Shown here piece by piece: positions 1 to 8,088 of a stretch of 27,566 bases of DNA; position 1 is the first letter of the stretch; each line of letters begins with the position of its first letter. Made by a program: the position numbers and the translations under genes. The notes below the pieces were generated by a model. The model ran no database searches, was not told the DNA's origin, and saw only the letters and a list, made by a program, of their open reading frames with translations. This DNA comes from Verrucomicrobiota bacterium (GTDB lineage Bacteria; Verrucomicrobiota; Verrucomicrobiia; Limisphaerales; JADLHS01), in the NCBI GenBank assembly GCA_004297495.1, contig SCTL01000495.1:1-27566 (forward strand), in the 5' to 3' direction.

Positions 1-1001
1 CCGGCGCCGAACACGACGATGAGAATCAAATCGCCGCGCTGAACTTTGCCGGAGCTGACGGCTTCGTCCAACGCAATGGCCACCGAGGCGGCGGAGGTGT
101 TGCCGTATTTGTCGAGGTTCATGAAGACCTGCTCCGGCTTCGCGCCGAGACGGTCGCCCACGGCTTCGATGATGCGGCGGTTCGCCTGATGCGGGATGAC
201 GCACTTGATTTTCGTGATGTCAATTTCGCAGCGGCGCATCACTTCCTGGCCCGCGCTCAACATCGCCTGCACGGCGTGTTTGAAAGTTTCCTTGCCCTCC
301 ATGCGCAAGTAATGCTGCCGGCTGTTCACTGATTCCAACGTGGCCGGGCAACGGCTGCCGCCGCCGGGCATGTAAAGCAATTCAGCCTTGCCGCCGTCCG
401 CGCCCATCACGGCGGTGAGCAGGCCGTGGGAGTTCGGGCGGTTCTGCAAAATCGCCGCACCCGCACCGTCGCCGAAGAGCACGCAGGTGTTGCGATCCTG
501 CCAGTCCACAATGGAGGAAAGTTTTTCCGCGCCGATCACGAGCACGGTGTTGTGCGTCTGCGACATGATGAACTGCTGGCCGATTTCCAGCGCGTAAATG
601 AAACCCGAGCACGCGGCTTCGAGATCGAACGCAGCGGCCTTGCTCGCGCCGAGCTTGTGCTGCACGAGCGCGGCGGTGGAGGGAAACACCATGTCCGGCG
701 TAATCGTGGCGACGATGATGAGATCAATCTGGTCGGCGGTGATGCCGGCCATCTTCATCGCTCGCTCGGCGGCTTTGGTGGCGAGGTCGGAGGTGAACTC
801 GTTCGCGGCGGCGATGCGGCGTTGCTTGATGCCGGTGCGTGACGTGATCCATTCGTCGGTGGTCTCGACGGTTTTTTCGAGATCGGCGTTGGTCAGAATT
901 TTTTCCGGCACATACGCGCCGACGCCGGTGATGGAACAGGTGCGGCCTTTGAAATCATGCTTGGCGCGCGGGTTCTTGAAAGTTTTGGTGGAGGGACTCA
1001 T
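1..1001 (-). CDS. fabH: Beta-ketoacyl-ACP synthase III, 3' end truncated by the window edge
   Basis: Manual minus-strand translation from the ATG at 1001 (ATGA overlap with the plsX stop) gives MSPSTKTFKNPRAKHDFKGRTCSITGVGAYVPEKILTNADLEKTVETTDEWITSRTGIK. Catalytic motifs EAACSGF, IPHQAN and YGNTSAAS are present. Missing from the ORF track because it has no stop in the window. Confidence 0.97.
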   Translation of the reverse strand, partial: MSPSTKTFKNPRAKHDFKGRTCSITGVGAYVPEKILTNADLEKTVETTDEWITSRTGIKQRRIAAANEFTSDLATKAAERAMKMAGITADQIDLIIVATITPDMVFPSTAALVQHKLGASKAAAFDLEAACSGFIYALEIGQQFIMSQTHNTVLVIGAEKLSSIVDWQDRNTCVLFGDGAGAAILQNRPNSHGLLTAVMGADGGKAELLYMPGGGSRCPATLESVNSRQHYLRMEGKETFKHAVQAMLSAGQEVMRRCEIDITKIKCVIPHQANRRIIEAVGDRLGAKPEQVFMNLDKYGNTSAASVAIALDEAVSSGKVQRGDLILIVVFGA

Positions 1002-2032
1002 GCGTTGACAGGGGTCGCCGGCGTGGCGGCAAGTTTCGCGTTGGCGCGTTCGATGTCGGTGGCGATGGTTTGCTTGATGCCGTGGCCGATCTCATCGGCG
1101 GCCACGCGCACGGCGCTGGCGAAAGCGCGCTCGCCCGAGGAGCCGTGGGCTTTGATGACGATGCCATTCACGCCGAGAATCGCCGCGCCGCCATAAACTT
1201 CCGGGTCCATCCGCCGCTTGAGCGCGTTGAACGCGCCTTTGGCCAGCGCGCCGCCGAGCGTGCGCAGCGGATTGGCTTTCACTTCGTTCTTCAGCAAGCG
1301 CCCGATGGTTTTGCTCAGGCTTTCGCAGGCTTTCAACACGATGTTGCCGACGAAGCCGTCGCAGACGACCACGTCCACGCCGTCGTTGAACAAATCAAAA
1401 CCTTCGCAGTAACCCATGAAGTTCAAATCAAGCTGTGCGCAGAGGCGGGCGGTTTCTTTCGTCAACTCCGTGCCTTTGCCTTCTTCGGTGCCGTTGCAGA
1501 GCACGCCGACACGCGGTTTTTCAGTGCCGAGAATTTCACGGGCATAGACGCTGCCCATGACGGCGAATTGCGCGAGGTGCAAAGGCTCGGCGACGGCGTT
1601 CGCGCCACAGTCCAGCATGACGAAATCATGGGAGAGCGACGGGAAACGACAGACGATGGATGGACGCGCCACACCGTCGAGGCGGCCAAGCTTCATTGAA
1701 CCGGCGACAAGCGCGCCGGTGTTGCCCGCGGAAATGATGGCGTCGGCTTTTTCGTCGCGGACGAGTTCGATGGCGCGGACCATCGAGGAATCTTTCTTCT
1801 TGCGAATGCCTTCGAGCGGCTTGTCTTCCATCGTCAGCACTTCGCTGGCGTGGACGATTTGGGCACGGGAATCGGTGAGTCCGGTCTCGCTGAGGGCGGA
1901 ACGGATTTTATCCTCCTGACCGACGAGCAGCACGGAAGTGATCCGCGCGTCGGCTTCGAGGGCTAGTTTGACACCATTGACCGCGACCGCGCAACCGTGG
2001 TCGCCGCCCATGACATCCAGCGCGATTCGCAT
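998..2032 (-). CDS. plsX: Phosphate acyltransferase PlsX
   Basis: MRIALDVMGGDH N-terminus, ISAGNTGA, LDCGANA, VVVCDGFVGNIVLK and VIKAHGSS motifs; located between rpmF and fabH. Confidence 0.97.
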   Translation of the reverse strand: MRIALDVMGGDHGCAVAVNGVKLALEADARITSVLLVGQEDKIRSALSETGLTDSRAQIVHASEVLTMEDKPLEGIRKKKDSSMVRAIELVRDEKADAIISAGNTGALVAGSMKLGRLDGVARPSIVCRFPSLSHDFVMLDCGANAVAEPLHLAQFAVMGSVYAREILGTEKPRVGVLCNGTEEGKGTELTKETARLCAQLDLNFMGYCEGFDLFNDGVDVVVCDGFVGNIVLKACESLSKTIGRLLKNEVKANPLRTLGGALAKGAFNALKRRMDPEVYGGAAILGVNGIVIKAHGSSGERAFASAVRVAADEIGHGIKQTIATDIERANAKLAATPATPVNA

Positions 2033-2078
2033 AAAGCTGAGGGAACGTGCAACGCCTTGCGGAGCGCCCGTGCCAGCC

Positions 2079-2267
2079 TTAAGCGCCCGCCGTGACAGTC
2101 AAGACCTGACGGCCTTTGTAGTAACCGCAGGCCGGGCAAACGCGGTGCGGCACGTAGGGCGCATCGCATTGCGGGCATTTGCTCAGTTGGGGAAGCTTCA
2201 GCACGCTGTTGTAAGCGCGACGCATTTTCATGCGGCTCGTGGATGGTTTTCGCTTGGGAACGCCCAT
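2079..2267 (-). CDS. rpmF: 50S ribosomal protein L32 (four-Cys zinc-ribbon type)
   Basis: MGVPKRKPS...CPQC...HRVCPACGYYKGRQV; canonical yceD-rpmF-plsX order. Confidence 0.97.
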   Translation of the reverse strand: MGVPKRKPSTSRMKMRRAYNSVLKLPQLSKCPQCDAPYVPHRVCPACGYYKGRQVLTVTAGA

Positions 2268-2271
2268 AAAT

Positions 2272-2760
2272 TTAGTTGTTCAGTTTCAGTTTATCGAGTT
2301 CGGCCCAAGTGGACGGTTTACCCGCCGTGTCTGCGCCGCTTTTTTGTGACTTCGCGGGCTTGGCTTTGCCGAGTCCGCGACAGCCTGCCTTGCATACCGG
2401 ATGTTGCGGCAGGTCGAGGAGAATATCTTCCCGCAAAATGGGCGTCAAGTCCACGAAATCGCCGTGAACGGTCGTCGCTTCCTCGCCCGTGAGCGGAAGG
2501 TGACTGGCGTAATCGTCAATTTCGACCAGCTTTTCAAACGGTTTCAGGCAGCGGACGCAATGGCAGTCAAGCGGCAATTCCAGCCGGCCACGCACCAGCA
2601 AGCTGTCTTCGAGCAACTGCACTTCCAGTTCGTAATAGAGCGGCTGGTTGGCTTGGAGGATGTCGCCGTCCAGGCCCAGGTCCAATTCGGCGGCGGGAAT
2701 CTCGCCTTCGAGGACGAGATTCTTTTTTTCCAGGTGGCGCAGATTGATCTTCAGCGGCAT
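2272..2760 (-). CDS. yceD: YceD/DUF177 family protein
   Basis: CVRCLKPF and DLTPILREDILLDLPQHPVCKAGCRGL motifs; immediately upstream of rpmF. Confidence 0.9.
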   Translation of the reverse strand: MPLKINLRHLEKKNLVLEGEIPAAELDLGLDGDILQANQPLYYELEVQLLEDSLLVRGRLELPLDCHCVRCLKPFEKLVEIDDYASHLPLTGEEATTVHGDFVDLTPILREDILLDLPQHPVCKAGCRGLGKAKPAKSQKSGADTAGKPSTWAELDKLKLNN

Positions 2761-2769
2761 GGCAACCTC

Positions 2770-3258
2770 CTAATCCGTCGTCTCGCGCAGTTTCCGGCGC
2801 AACGCCACGCGCACCGGCGGGGGCACGAACTGATGCACATTGCCGCCGAGCCGGGCGATTTCCTTCACGATGCGCGAGCTGAGGAACGTGTAAGTGTCTT
2901 TCGGCATCATAAAAATGGTTTCAAACTCGCCATTCAACTTACGGTTCATCAAGGCGAGCTGAAATTCGAATTCAAAATCCGACACAGCGCGCAGTCCGCG
3001 CACCACGGCCCGGGCGTTGCAACGTTTCACATAATTCACGAGCAGGCAATCGAACGAGTCGGCCCGGACGTTTTTGATGCGGGAGACGGATTTACTGACC
3101 AGTTCCACCCGCTCTTCCAAAGTGAACAGCGGATGTTTACTCTCGTTCTTCGCCACGGCGACGATAACGCGGTCGAAGAGCTTCGCCGCCCGCTGCACCA
3201 CGTCGAGGTGGCCGTTGGTGAAGGGGTCAAAGCTGCCGGGATAAATCGCCGTTCGCAT
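2770..3258 (-). CDS. coaD: Pantetheine-phosphate adenylyltransferase
   Basis: AIYPGSFDPFTNGHLDVV (HxGH), VRGLRAVSDFEFE and FLSSRIVKEIA. Confidence 0.97.
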   Translation of the reverse strand: MRTAIYPGSFDPFTNGHLDVVQRAAKLFDRVIVAVAKNESKHPLFTLEERVELVSKSVSRIKNVRADSFDCLLVNYVKRCNARAVVRGLRAVSDFEFEFQLALMNRKLNGEFETIFMMPKDTYTFLSSRIVKEIARLGGNVHQFVPPPVRVALRRKLRETTD

Positions 3259-3356
3259 GGCGGGAAGTTAGCAAAAGCCGGCGGGTTGACGAGGCAGAAA
3301 TGGGCGGTGTGGGCTTTCACTTGTCCCGCGCGCCCCGCCGGCGGTAAGCTTGCGAC

Positions 3357-4640
3357 GTGATCCAAAAACTTATTTTCTGCGCACTAGTTGCATCAAGCGA
3401 CGGCGTATGTGCCGCTTCGCCATTACCCAAGCCGGATATCACCGTCGCGGCGGATGGCAGCGGCGATTCTAAAACCGTGCAGGCCGCGGTGGCGTCCATC
3501 CCGAAAACCAATCACGAGCGCATGGTGGTGTTCATCAAGGACGGCGTTTATCGCGAGAAGGTGCGGGTGGACGCGTCGTTCGTGACGTTGCGCGGGCAGA
3601 GCCGGAAAGGAACGCGGATCGAGTTTCCGCAGTTGGCCGAGGAGTTCGACAAGACGCCGGACGATCTGGGCCGCGCGGTGATAAACGTCAACGGCGACGA
3701 TTTTGTACTGGAAAATCTCACGGCGGAAAACACAGCCGGTCAAATCGGACCGCACGCGTTCACGATTTACGGGAAGAGCGACCGCACGGTGATCGTGGAT
3801 TGCGACGTGTTGAGCGACGGCGCGGACACAGTGTCGCTGTGGCTCGGCGAGCGCGGGCGCTATTATCACGCGAATTGTAATTTTCGCGGCTCGGTGGATT
3901 TCATCTGTCCGCGCGGTTGGTGCTACGTGACGAACTGCACGTTCTACGAGATGAAGAATACGGCGGCGGTCTGGCACGATGGGTCGAGAGGCAAGGACAT
4001 GAAGTTCGTGTTGCGCGATTGCAAACTCGACGGCACGAACGGCTGGGTGCTGGCGCGGCATCATGCAGACGCGCAGTTTTATTTTCTCGATTGCACGTTC
4101 GCAAAGACAATGGCGGATCGTTTGCCCAAGCGCGTGATCTATCCACTCAACGACGGCACACCGAGCGAAGTGGATTTGAAGAAGAACGCCGAGAACGACA
4201 AACGCAATCAATGGGGCGAGCGCTGTTACTTCTGGAACTGCCATCGCGACGGCGGAGATTTTGCGTGGCACTCGAACAATCTCGCGACGGCGGAAGGTTC
4301 ACCGAAGCCCGAACAAATCAACGCCGCGCGGACGTTTGCCTGGAAGTGGAATCCGGAGAACAAAGTCGGGCCGAAGGTTCAAGTCTCCCGACTCGACGCT
4401 GGCCAGATCAAAATGCATTTTAGTGAAGCAGTGACGGTCAAGGGCAAACCCCGGCTCCAGTCGAAGTTCGGTGACATTGCCGACTACATTTCAGGCAGCG
4501 GGAGCGAGACGTTGATCTTCGGTTTGACGAAGATCGACGCAAGCAAGGACATTTGGGTGGATTTGAACGGCGGCGCGATCATCGCCACGGAAGCCTCGGC
4601 GGTTTTGCGCGCGGCGGAGTTGTCGTTGCCGGTCAAATAG
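3357..4640 (+). CDS. Pectinesterase-family (CE8-like) protein with a C-terminal adhesin-type beta-sandwich domain
   Basis: GTG start and probable signal peptide. ITVAADGSGDSKTVQAAV, IKDGVYREKV, ADTV and GSVDFI motifs of pectin methylesterases. Extra ~85-aa C-terminal domain. Confidence 0.82.
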   Translation: MIQKLIFCALVASSDGVCAASPLPKPDITVAADGSGDSKTVQAAVASIPKTNHERMVVFIKDGVYREKVRVDASFVTLRGQSRKGTRIEFPQLAEEFDKTPDDLGRAVINVNGDDFVLENLTAENTAGQIGPHAFTIYGKSDRTVIVDCDVLSDGADTVSLWLGERGRYYHANCNFRGSVDFICPRGWCYVTNCTFYEMKNTAAVWHDGSRGKDMKFVLRDCKLDGTNGWVLARHHADAQFYFLDCTFAKTMADRLPKRVIYPLNDGTPSEVDLKKNAENDKRNQWGERCYFWNCHRDGGDFAWHSNNLATAEGSPKPEQINAARTFAWKWNPENKVGPKVQVSRLDAGQIKMHFSEAVTVKGKPRLQSKFGDIADYISGSGSETLIFGLTKIDASKDIWVDLNGGAIIATEASAVLRAAELSLPVK

Positions 4641-4685
4641 TGCGCACCGTCTCGACTTCGGGTTAGAGTTTGTTAAGTTGGCTGC

Positions 4686-5903
4686 GTGAGCTTTGTCGCT
4701 GAATTCAATTCGCTGCCGCTGGAATCGCTCGTGAAGCGGTCGCTGACCACACCCGTTGCCGCCGCGCGGGAGAGTTTGGACAAATCGTCGCTGACACTTG
4801 CGGATTTCGCGCAGTTGATTTCGCCCGCTGCCGGCGAATTGCTGGAACCACTCAGCCGTCGTTCGCAACAACTCACGCAGCAGCGCTTCGGCAAGGTCAT
4901 CCGGCTGTTCGCGCCGCTTTATCTTTCCAACGAGTGCATCAACAATTGCAAATACTGCGGCTTCTCGCGGGACAATCCGATCCTGCGCGTGACGCTCACG
5001 GTGGACGAGGTGTTGCGCGAGGTGCGCTCGCTGTCGGCGCAGGGTTTTCGCAATGTGCTGCTCGTGGCGGGCGAGCATCCGAAGTTTGTCTCGAACGGCT
5101 ACCTCCGCGATTGCGTCGCGGCGTTGCACGAGGAAATCCCCAGCGTGTCGCTCGAAGTCGGGCCGATGGAGACGGAGGAGTATCGTCCGCTCGTCGCGGC
5201 GGGCGCGGATGGGCTGGTGGTTTATCAGGAAACTTACGACCGCGCGGTCTATGACGATCTGCACACCGCCGGGCCGAAAAAGAATTTCGACTGGCGCATG
5301 GAGACGCCCGAGCGCGCATACGCGGCGGGCTTCCGGCGCATCGGCATCGGCGCGCTGTACGGGCTGGCGGACTGGCGATACGAGGCGTTGTGCGTGGCGG
5401 CGCATGCGGATTATCTGCTGCGCAACTGCTGGAAGGCGTCGCTGACGATCTCGCTGCCGCGGCTGCGTCCGTGCGCGGGCGAGTTCGAGCCGCTCACGCA
5501 CATCTCTGACCGCGAACTGGTGCAACTCGTGTGCGCGTTCCGGCTGATGTTCCCGGACGTGGGCCTCGTGCTCTCGACGCGCGAGCCGGCGAAGTTGCGC
5601 GATGGACTTTTCCCACTGGGCATCACGCTCATCAGTGCCGGCAGTCACACCGAACCGGGCGGTTACACCGGCGCGGGCAAGGAGCACATTCACCAGACCG
5701 TGCGCGGGCGTATCGTGGAGGCGGGCGCGAGTGAATGGGCCACGCCAGTGAATGGCAATGGGACGGATACGACCAAGGCGACGAATGCGACAGGACAATT
5801 CAACATCGCGGACGAACGTTCGCCAGAGGAAGTGGCGAAGTTGATTCAACGTCTCGGCTACGAACCGGTGTGGAAGGATTGGGACGCGGCGCTGACGAGT
5901 TGA
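4686..5903 (+). CDS. thiH: 2-iminoacetate synthase (radical SAM tyrosine lyase)
   Basis: FAPLYLSNECINNCKYCGF (CxxxCxxC), YQETY, SAGSHTEPGGY and the C-terminal GYEPVWKDWD typical of ThiH; thiS is nearby. Confidence 0.93.
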   Translation: MSFVAEFNSLPLESLVKRSLTTPVAAARESLDKSSLTLADFAQLISPAAGELLEPLSRRSQQLTQQRFGKVIRLFAPLYLSNECINNCKYCGFSRDNPILRVTLTVDEVLREVRSLSAQGFRNVLLVAGEHPKFVSNGYLRDCVAALHEEIPSVSLEVGPMETEEYRPLVAAGADGLVVYQETYDRAVYDDLHTAGPKKNFDWRMETPERAYAAGFRRIGIGALYGLADWRYEALCVAAHADYLLRNCWKASLTISLPRLRPCAGEFEPLTHISDRELVQLVCAFRLMFPDVGLVLSTREPAKLRDGLFPLGITLISAGSHTEPGGYTGAGKEHIHQTVRGRIVEAGASEWATPVNGNGTDTTKATNATGQFNIADERSPEEVAKLIQRLGYEPVWKDWDAALTS

Positions 5904-5906
5904 GTC

Positions 5907-6413
5907 ATGGATGCTGCCGTCACGATCCGTCGCGCGCGCGAAGCCGACCTGCCGGCAATCAATGACATCTACAATCATTACGTTCTGCACTCGACCTGCA
6001 CGTATCAGGAGGAGCCGGAGACGATCGAAAACCGGTGCGCTTGGTTTCAGCAACACGGCGAGTTGCATCCCGTGATCGTGGCAGAGCAGGCGGGTGAAAT
6101 CGTCGGCTGGGGTTCACTCTCGGCCTATCATCGCCGCTCGGCTTATCGGCGGACGGTCGAGAATTCAGTCTATGTGCATCACCATCGCCATCGCTGTGGC
6201 CTCGGCTCAATGCTGCTGCGGGATTTGATTTCGCGCGCCCGCGAAGCTGGTCACCGCGCCATCATCGCGGGCATTGACGGCGAACAGGCCGCCAGCGTCG
6301 CGCTCCATGCGAAGTTCGGCTTCGAAACGGTCGGTCAACTCAAGCAGGTTGGATTCAAATTCGGCCGGTGGCTCGACGTGATTTACATGGAACTGCTTCT
6401 CGACGGACGCTAA
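5907..6413 (+). CDS. GNAT N-acetyltransferase, phosphinothricin-acetyltransferase/MnaT(YncA)-like
   Basis: DLPAINDIYNHYV, RSAYRRTVENSVYV, acetyl-CoA motif HRCGLGSMLL, ASVALHAKFGF, VGFKFGRWLDV. Confidence 0.9.
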   Translation: MDAAVTIRRAREADLPAINDIYNHYVLHSTCTYQEEPETIENRCAWFQQHGELHPVIVAEQAGEIVGWGSLSAYHRRSAYRRTVENSVYVHHHRHRCGLGSMLLRDLISRAREAGHRAIIAGIDGEQAASVALHAKFGFETVGQLKQVGFKFGRWLDVIYMELLLDGR

Positions 6414-6617
6414 ATGAAAACGCTCACCGCCAACGGCCAGCCCATCGCAGCCAAGCTGCCTTGCACGATCGAAGAATTTCTCGTGGCGCAAAATCTTTTG
6501 CCCCGCAGCGTGGTGGTGGAGCACAACGGTGAAGCGGTCGCGCCTTCGGAGTTTTCGCGCCGGGAACTGAAAGCGGGCGACCGGTTGGAGATTGTAAAAA
6601 TTGTAGCGGGAGGATAG
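6414..6617 (+). CDS. thiS: Sulfur carrier protein ThiS
   Basis: 67 aa with VVVEHNGEAV, LKAGDRLEIV and a C-terminal VAGG; abuts the GNAT stop (TAAATG). Confidence 0.93.
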   Translation: MKTLTANGQPIAAKLPCTIEEFLVAQNLLPRSVVVEHNGEAVAPSEFSRRELKAGDRLEIVKIVAGG

Positions 6618-6646
6618 CGCCGGAGCGTTACCCGTGTTCCGGCGCT
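6616..6646. terminator. Possible hairpin between the convergent thiS and CBM48 genes
   Basis: AGCGCCGGA (6616-6624) and TCCGGCGCT (6638-6646) form a perfect 9-bp inverted repeat; the U-tract is weak. Confidence 0.3.
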
Positions 6647-6688
6647 TCTCCAGTTCCCACCTCGCCCTCCCAGGTCGGCGGGAAAAAT

Positions 6689-6985
6689 TTACGCCACCAT
6701 GCGGACGCCGTCCTCGGTGCCGTAGGGATTTGGCACGCGCAAGGTGCATTGCGGATCGTCCTGCCATTCGCCGTCCACGAGGAAACGATAGTGATGCTCG
6801 CCGGGCGAGAGGTGAAGCGTCGCGCGCCAGATGCCGTTGGGATCGCGCTGCATTTGGACGGGTGACTGTTTCCAATGCGTGAAGTCACCGACGAGTTGCA
6901 CGCTGTTCGCCGTGGGCGAACTGTAGGCAAACTCCTCGGTGTGATTCGGAGCGGGACGACGATGATTGTTGTTCTTCTTGGCCAT
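6689..6985 (-). CDS. Small CBM48 / AMPK-beta-like glycogen-binding (isoamylase early-set) protein
   Basis: ANSVQLVGDFTHW, MQRDPNGIWRATLHLSPGEHHYRFLVDGEWQDDP, VPNPYG. Start reassigned to the ATG at 6985, which has GAGGAAG upstream. Confidence 0.88.
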   Translation of the reverse strand: MAKKNNNHRRPAPNHTEEFAYSSPTANSVQLVGDFTHWKQSPVQMQRDPNGIWRATLHLSPGEHHYRFLVDGEWQDDPQCTLRVPNPYGTEDGVRMVA

Positions 6986-7063
6986 AATTTCTTCCTCGGT
7001 CGTCCGCGACTGGCGCGGGCTCAACCGTTTTACCGGCTTTTTGCCCGCGCCTTTCCGCGGTGC

Positions 7064-7264
7064 TTACGTCTCCAGGTTTCTTTTGTTCGCGTTTCCTTTC
7101 GAAGGTGAAGTTGCCGCTGGCGACACCGGTTGCGCCGTTTGCGGTTGGGCTGGCGACTGGCCCTTCTCGCCGCCCGGCAGCAGCAGGCTGTCGTGCCGTT
7201 CCTCCATCTCGCGGAATTCGTTCGAGCGAGAAGTTCGCAACGGGCTCCATTTCTTCAAGTTCAT
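7064..7264 (-). CDS. 66-aa hypothetical peptide resembling an Hsp20 N-terminal arm, with no alpha-crystallin domain (possible remnant)
   Basis: MNLKKWSPLRTSRSNEFREMEERHDSLL followed by a P/Q/A/S-rich tail; co-oriented with its neighbours. Confidence 0.4.
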   Translation of the reverse strand: MNLKKWSPLRTSRSNEFREMEERHDSLLLPGGEKGQSPAQPQTAQPVSPAATSPSKGNANKRNLET

Positions 7265-7367
7265 GAGCGGCTCTGTTCTGCGGCGTTGTTGTCGTGCGGA
7301 AGCGACCGCCGCCGGTGGCGTCGCTTCCCGCCCGCGCGCTCGGTCACGCGATGCGCGCCACCCTCGT

Positions 7368-7934
7368 TCAATCGTTGATGCCCCAGTGACCGTGGGGCTC
7401 ATAATGCGCCGTCGTCAGAATATGCTCCAACGTCGGCGTCAGTGTCTGCTCGCGCAGGCGGAGTTCATCGGAGAAATCTTCGAGCGTCAGGCCCAGATCG
7501 TGCGAGCGGCTGTCCACAAAAGGAAGTTTGTTTTCCAAGGCGATGCGTTGCAACAGGGCGAGCGTCAGCGAATCAAAGTCCGCAGGTGTCGTCGGCGTTT
7601 CCAGAGGCAGCGCGGCCAGAATGGCGTCGGTGACCGCGCGACTGCGCGCCCAAGCTTCCAGCCACCCGATGATGGAGGCGGGAATTCCCTCCGGCTGCGT
7701 CCAGGCGATGAGGACGATCTTTGAAATCTCGGCGTCGGCCGTCGCAGCGTGGTGGGTGGCGGGCGAGAGGATGTCGTCGAAGTGCCAGAGTTTTAACTGC
7801 AGCGGGGTGCTGTTTGCCGCATCCACTTGTTCGCAAAGTTCCTGCGCACGAACAGCGGCTTCTCTCAGGTCGTAAGCCACGAAGACATTTACGGCTCGCG
7901 GCTCGCTCAATCGAATTTCTGAGTCTTCCCGCAT
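7368..7934 (-). CDS. Uncharacterised protein ending in HWGIND
   Basis: Globular alpha/beta pattern (VNVFVAYD, LKLWHFD, KIVLIAW, GWLEAW, AILAAL). The start is either M at 7934 or the ORF-track start at 7961. Confidence 0.7.
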   Translation of the reverse strand: MREDSEIRLSEPRAVNVFVAYDLREAAVRAQELCEQVDAANSTPLQLKLWHFDDILSPATHHAATADAEISKIVLIAWTQPEGIPASIIGWLEAWARSRAVTDAILAALPLETPTTPADFDSLTLALLQRIALENKLPFVDSRSHDLGLTLEDFSDELRLREQTLTPTLEHILTTAHYEPHGHWGIND

Positions 7935-8088
7935 ACGCCACCGCGAACACGCTTGCAGCACATTCGCTCCAACGCGAAGTATGCACCCGTTTGCCGGAGC
8001 TTCAATGGTTATTTATCAACAATTTGCAGGAATAAGCGGCGATGAAGTTCTCAATGCGCGCCGTGATTTTTCTCCGCACAAACGCGGG

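Noticed and set aside
2401-3360. 319-aa plus-strand ORF
   Set aside because: Antisense to coaD and yceD, which have clear family motifs.
4641-4685. TPP riboswitch upstream of thiH
   Set aside because: Only 45 bp are available and no TPP consensus (CTGAGA...TAATGC..GCGTAGG) is visible.
4686-5903. HydG ([FeFe]-hydrogenase maturase) as an alternative to ThiH
   Set aside because: No C-terminal auxiliary Cys cluster motif; the ThiH-type WKDWD end and nearby thiS favour ThiH.
4491-6068. 525-aa minus-strand ORF
   Set aside because: Antisense shadow of thiH/GNAT; Arg/Ala-rich with no motifs, as expected in high-GC DNA.
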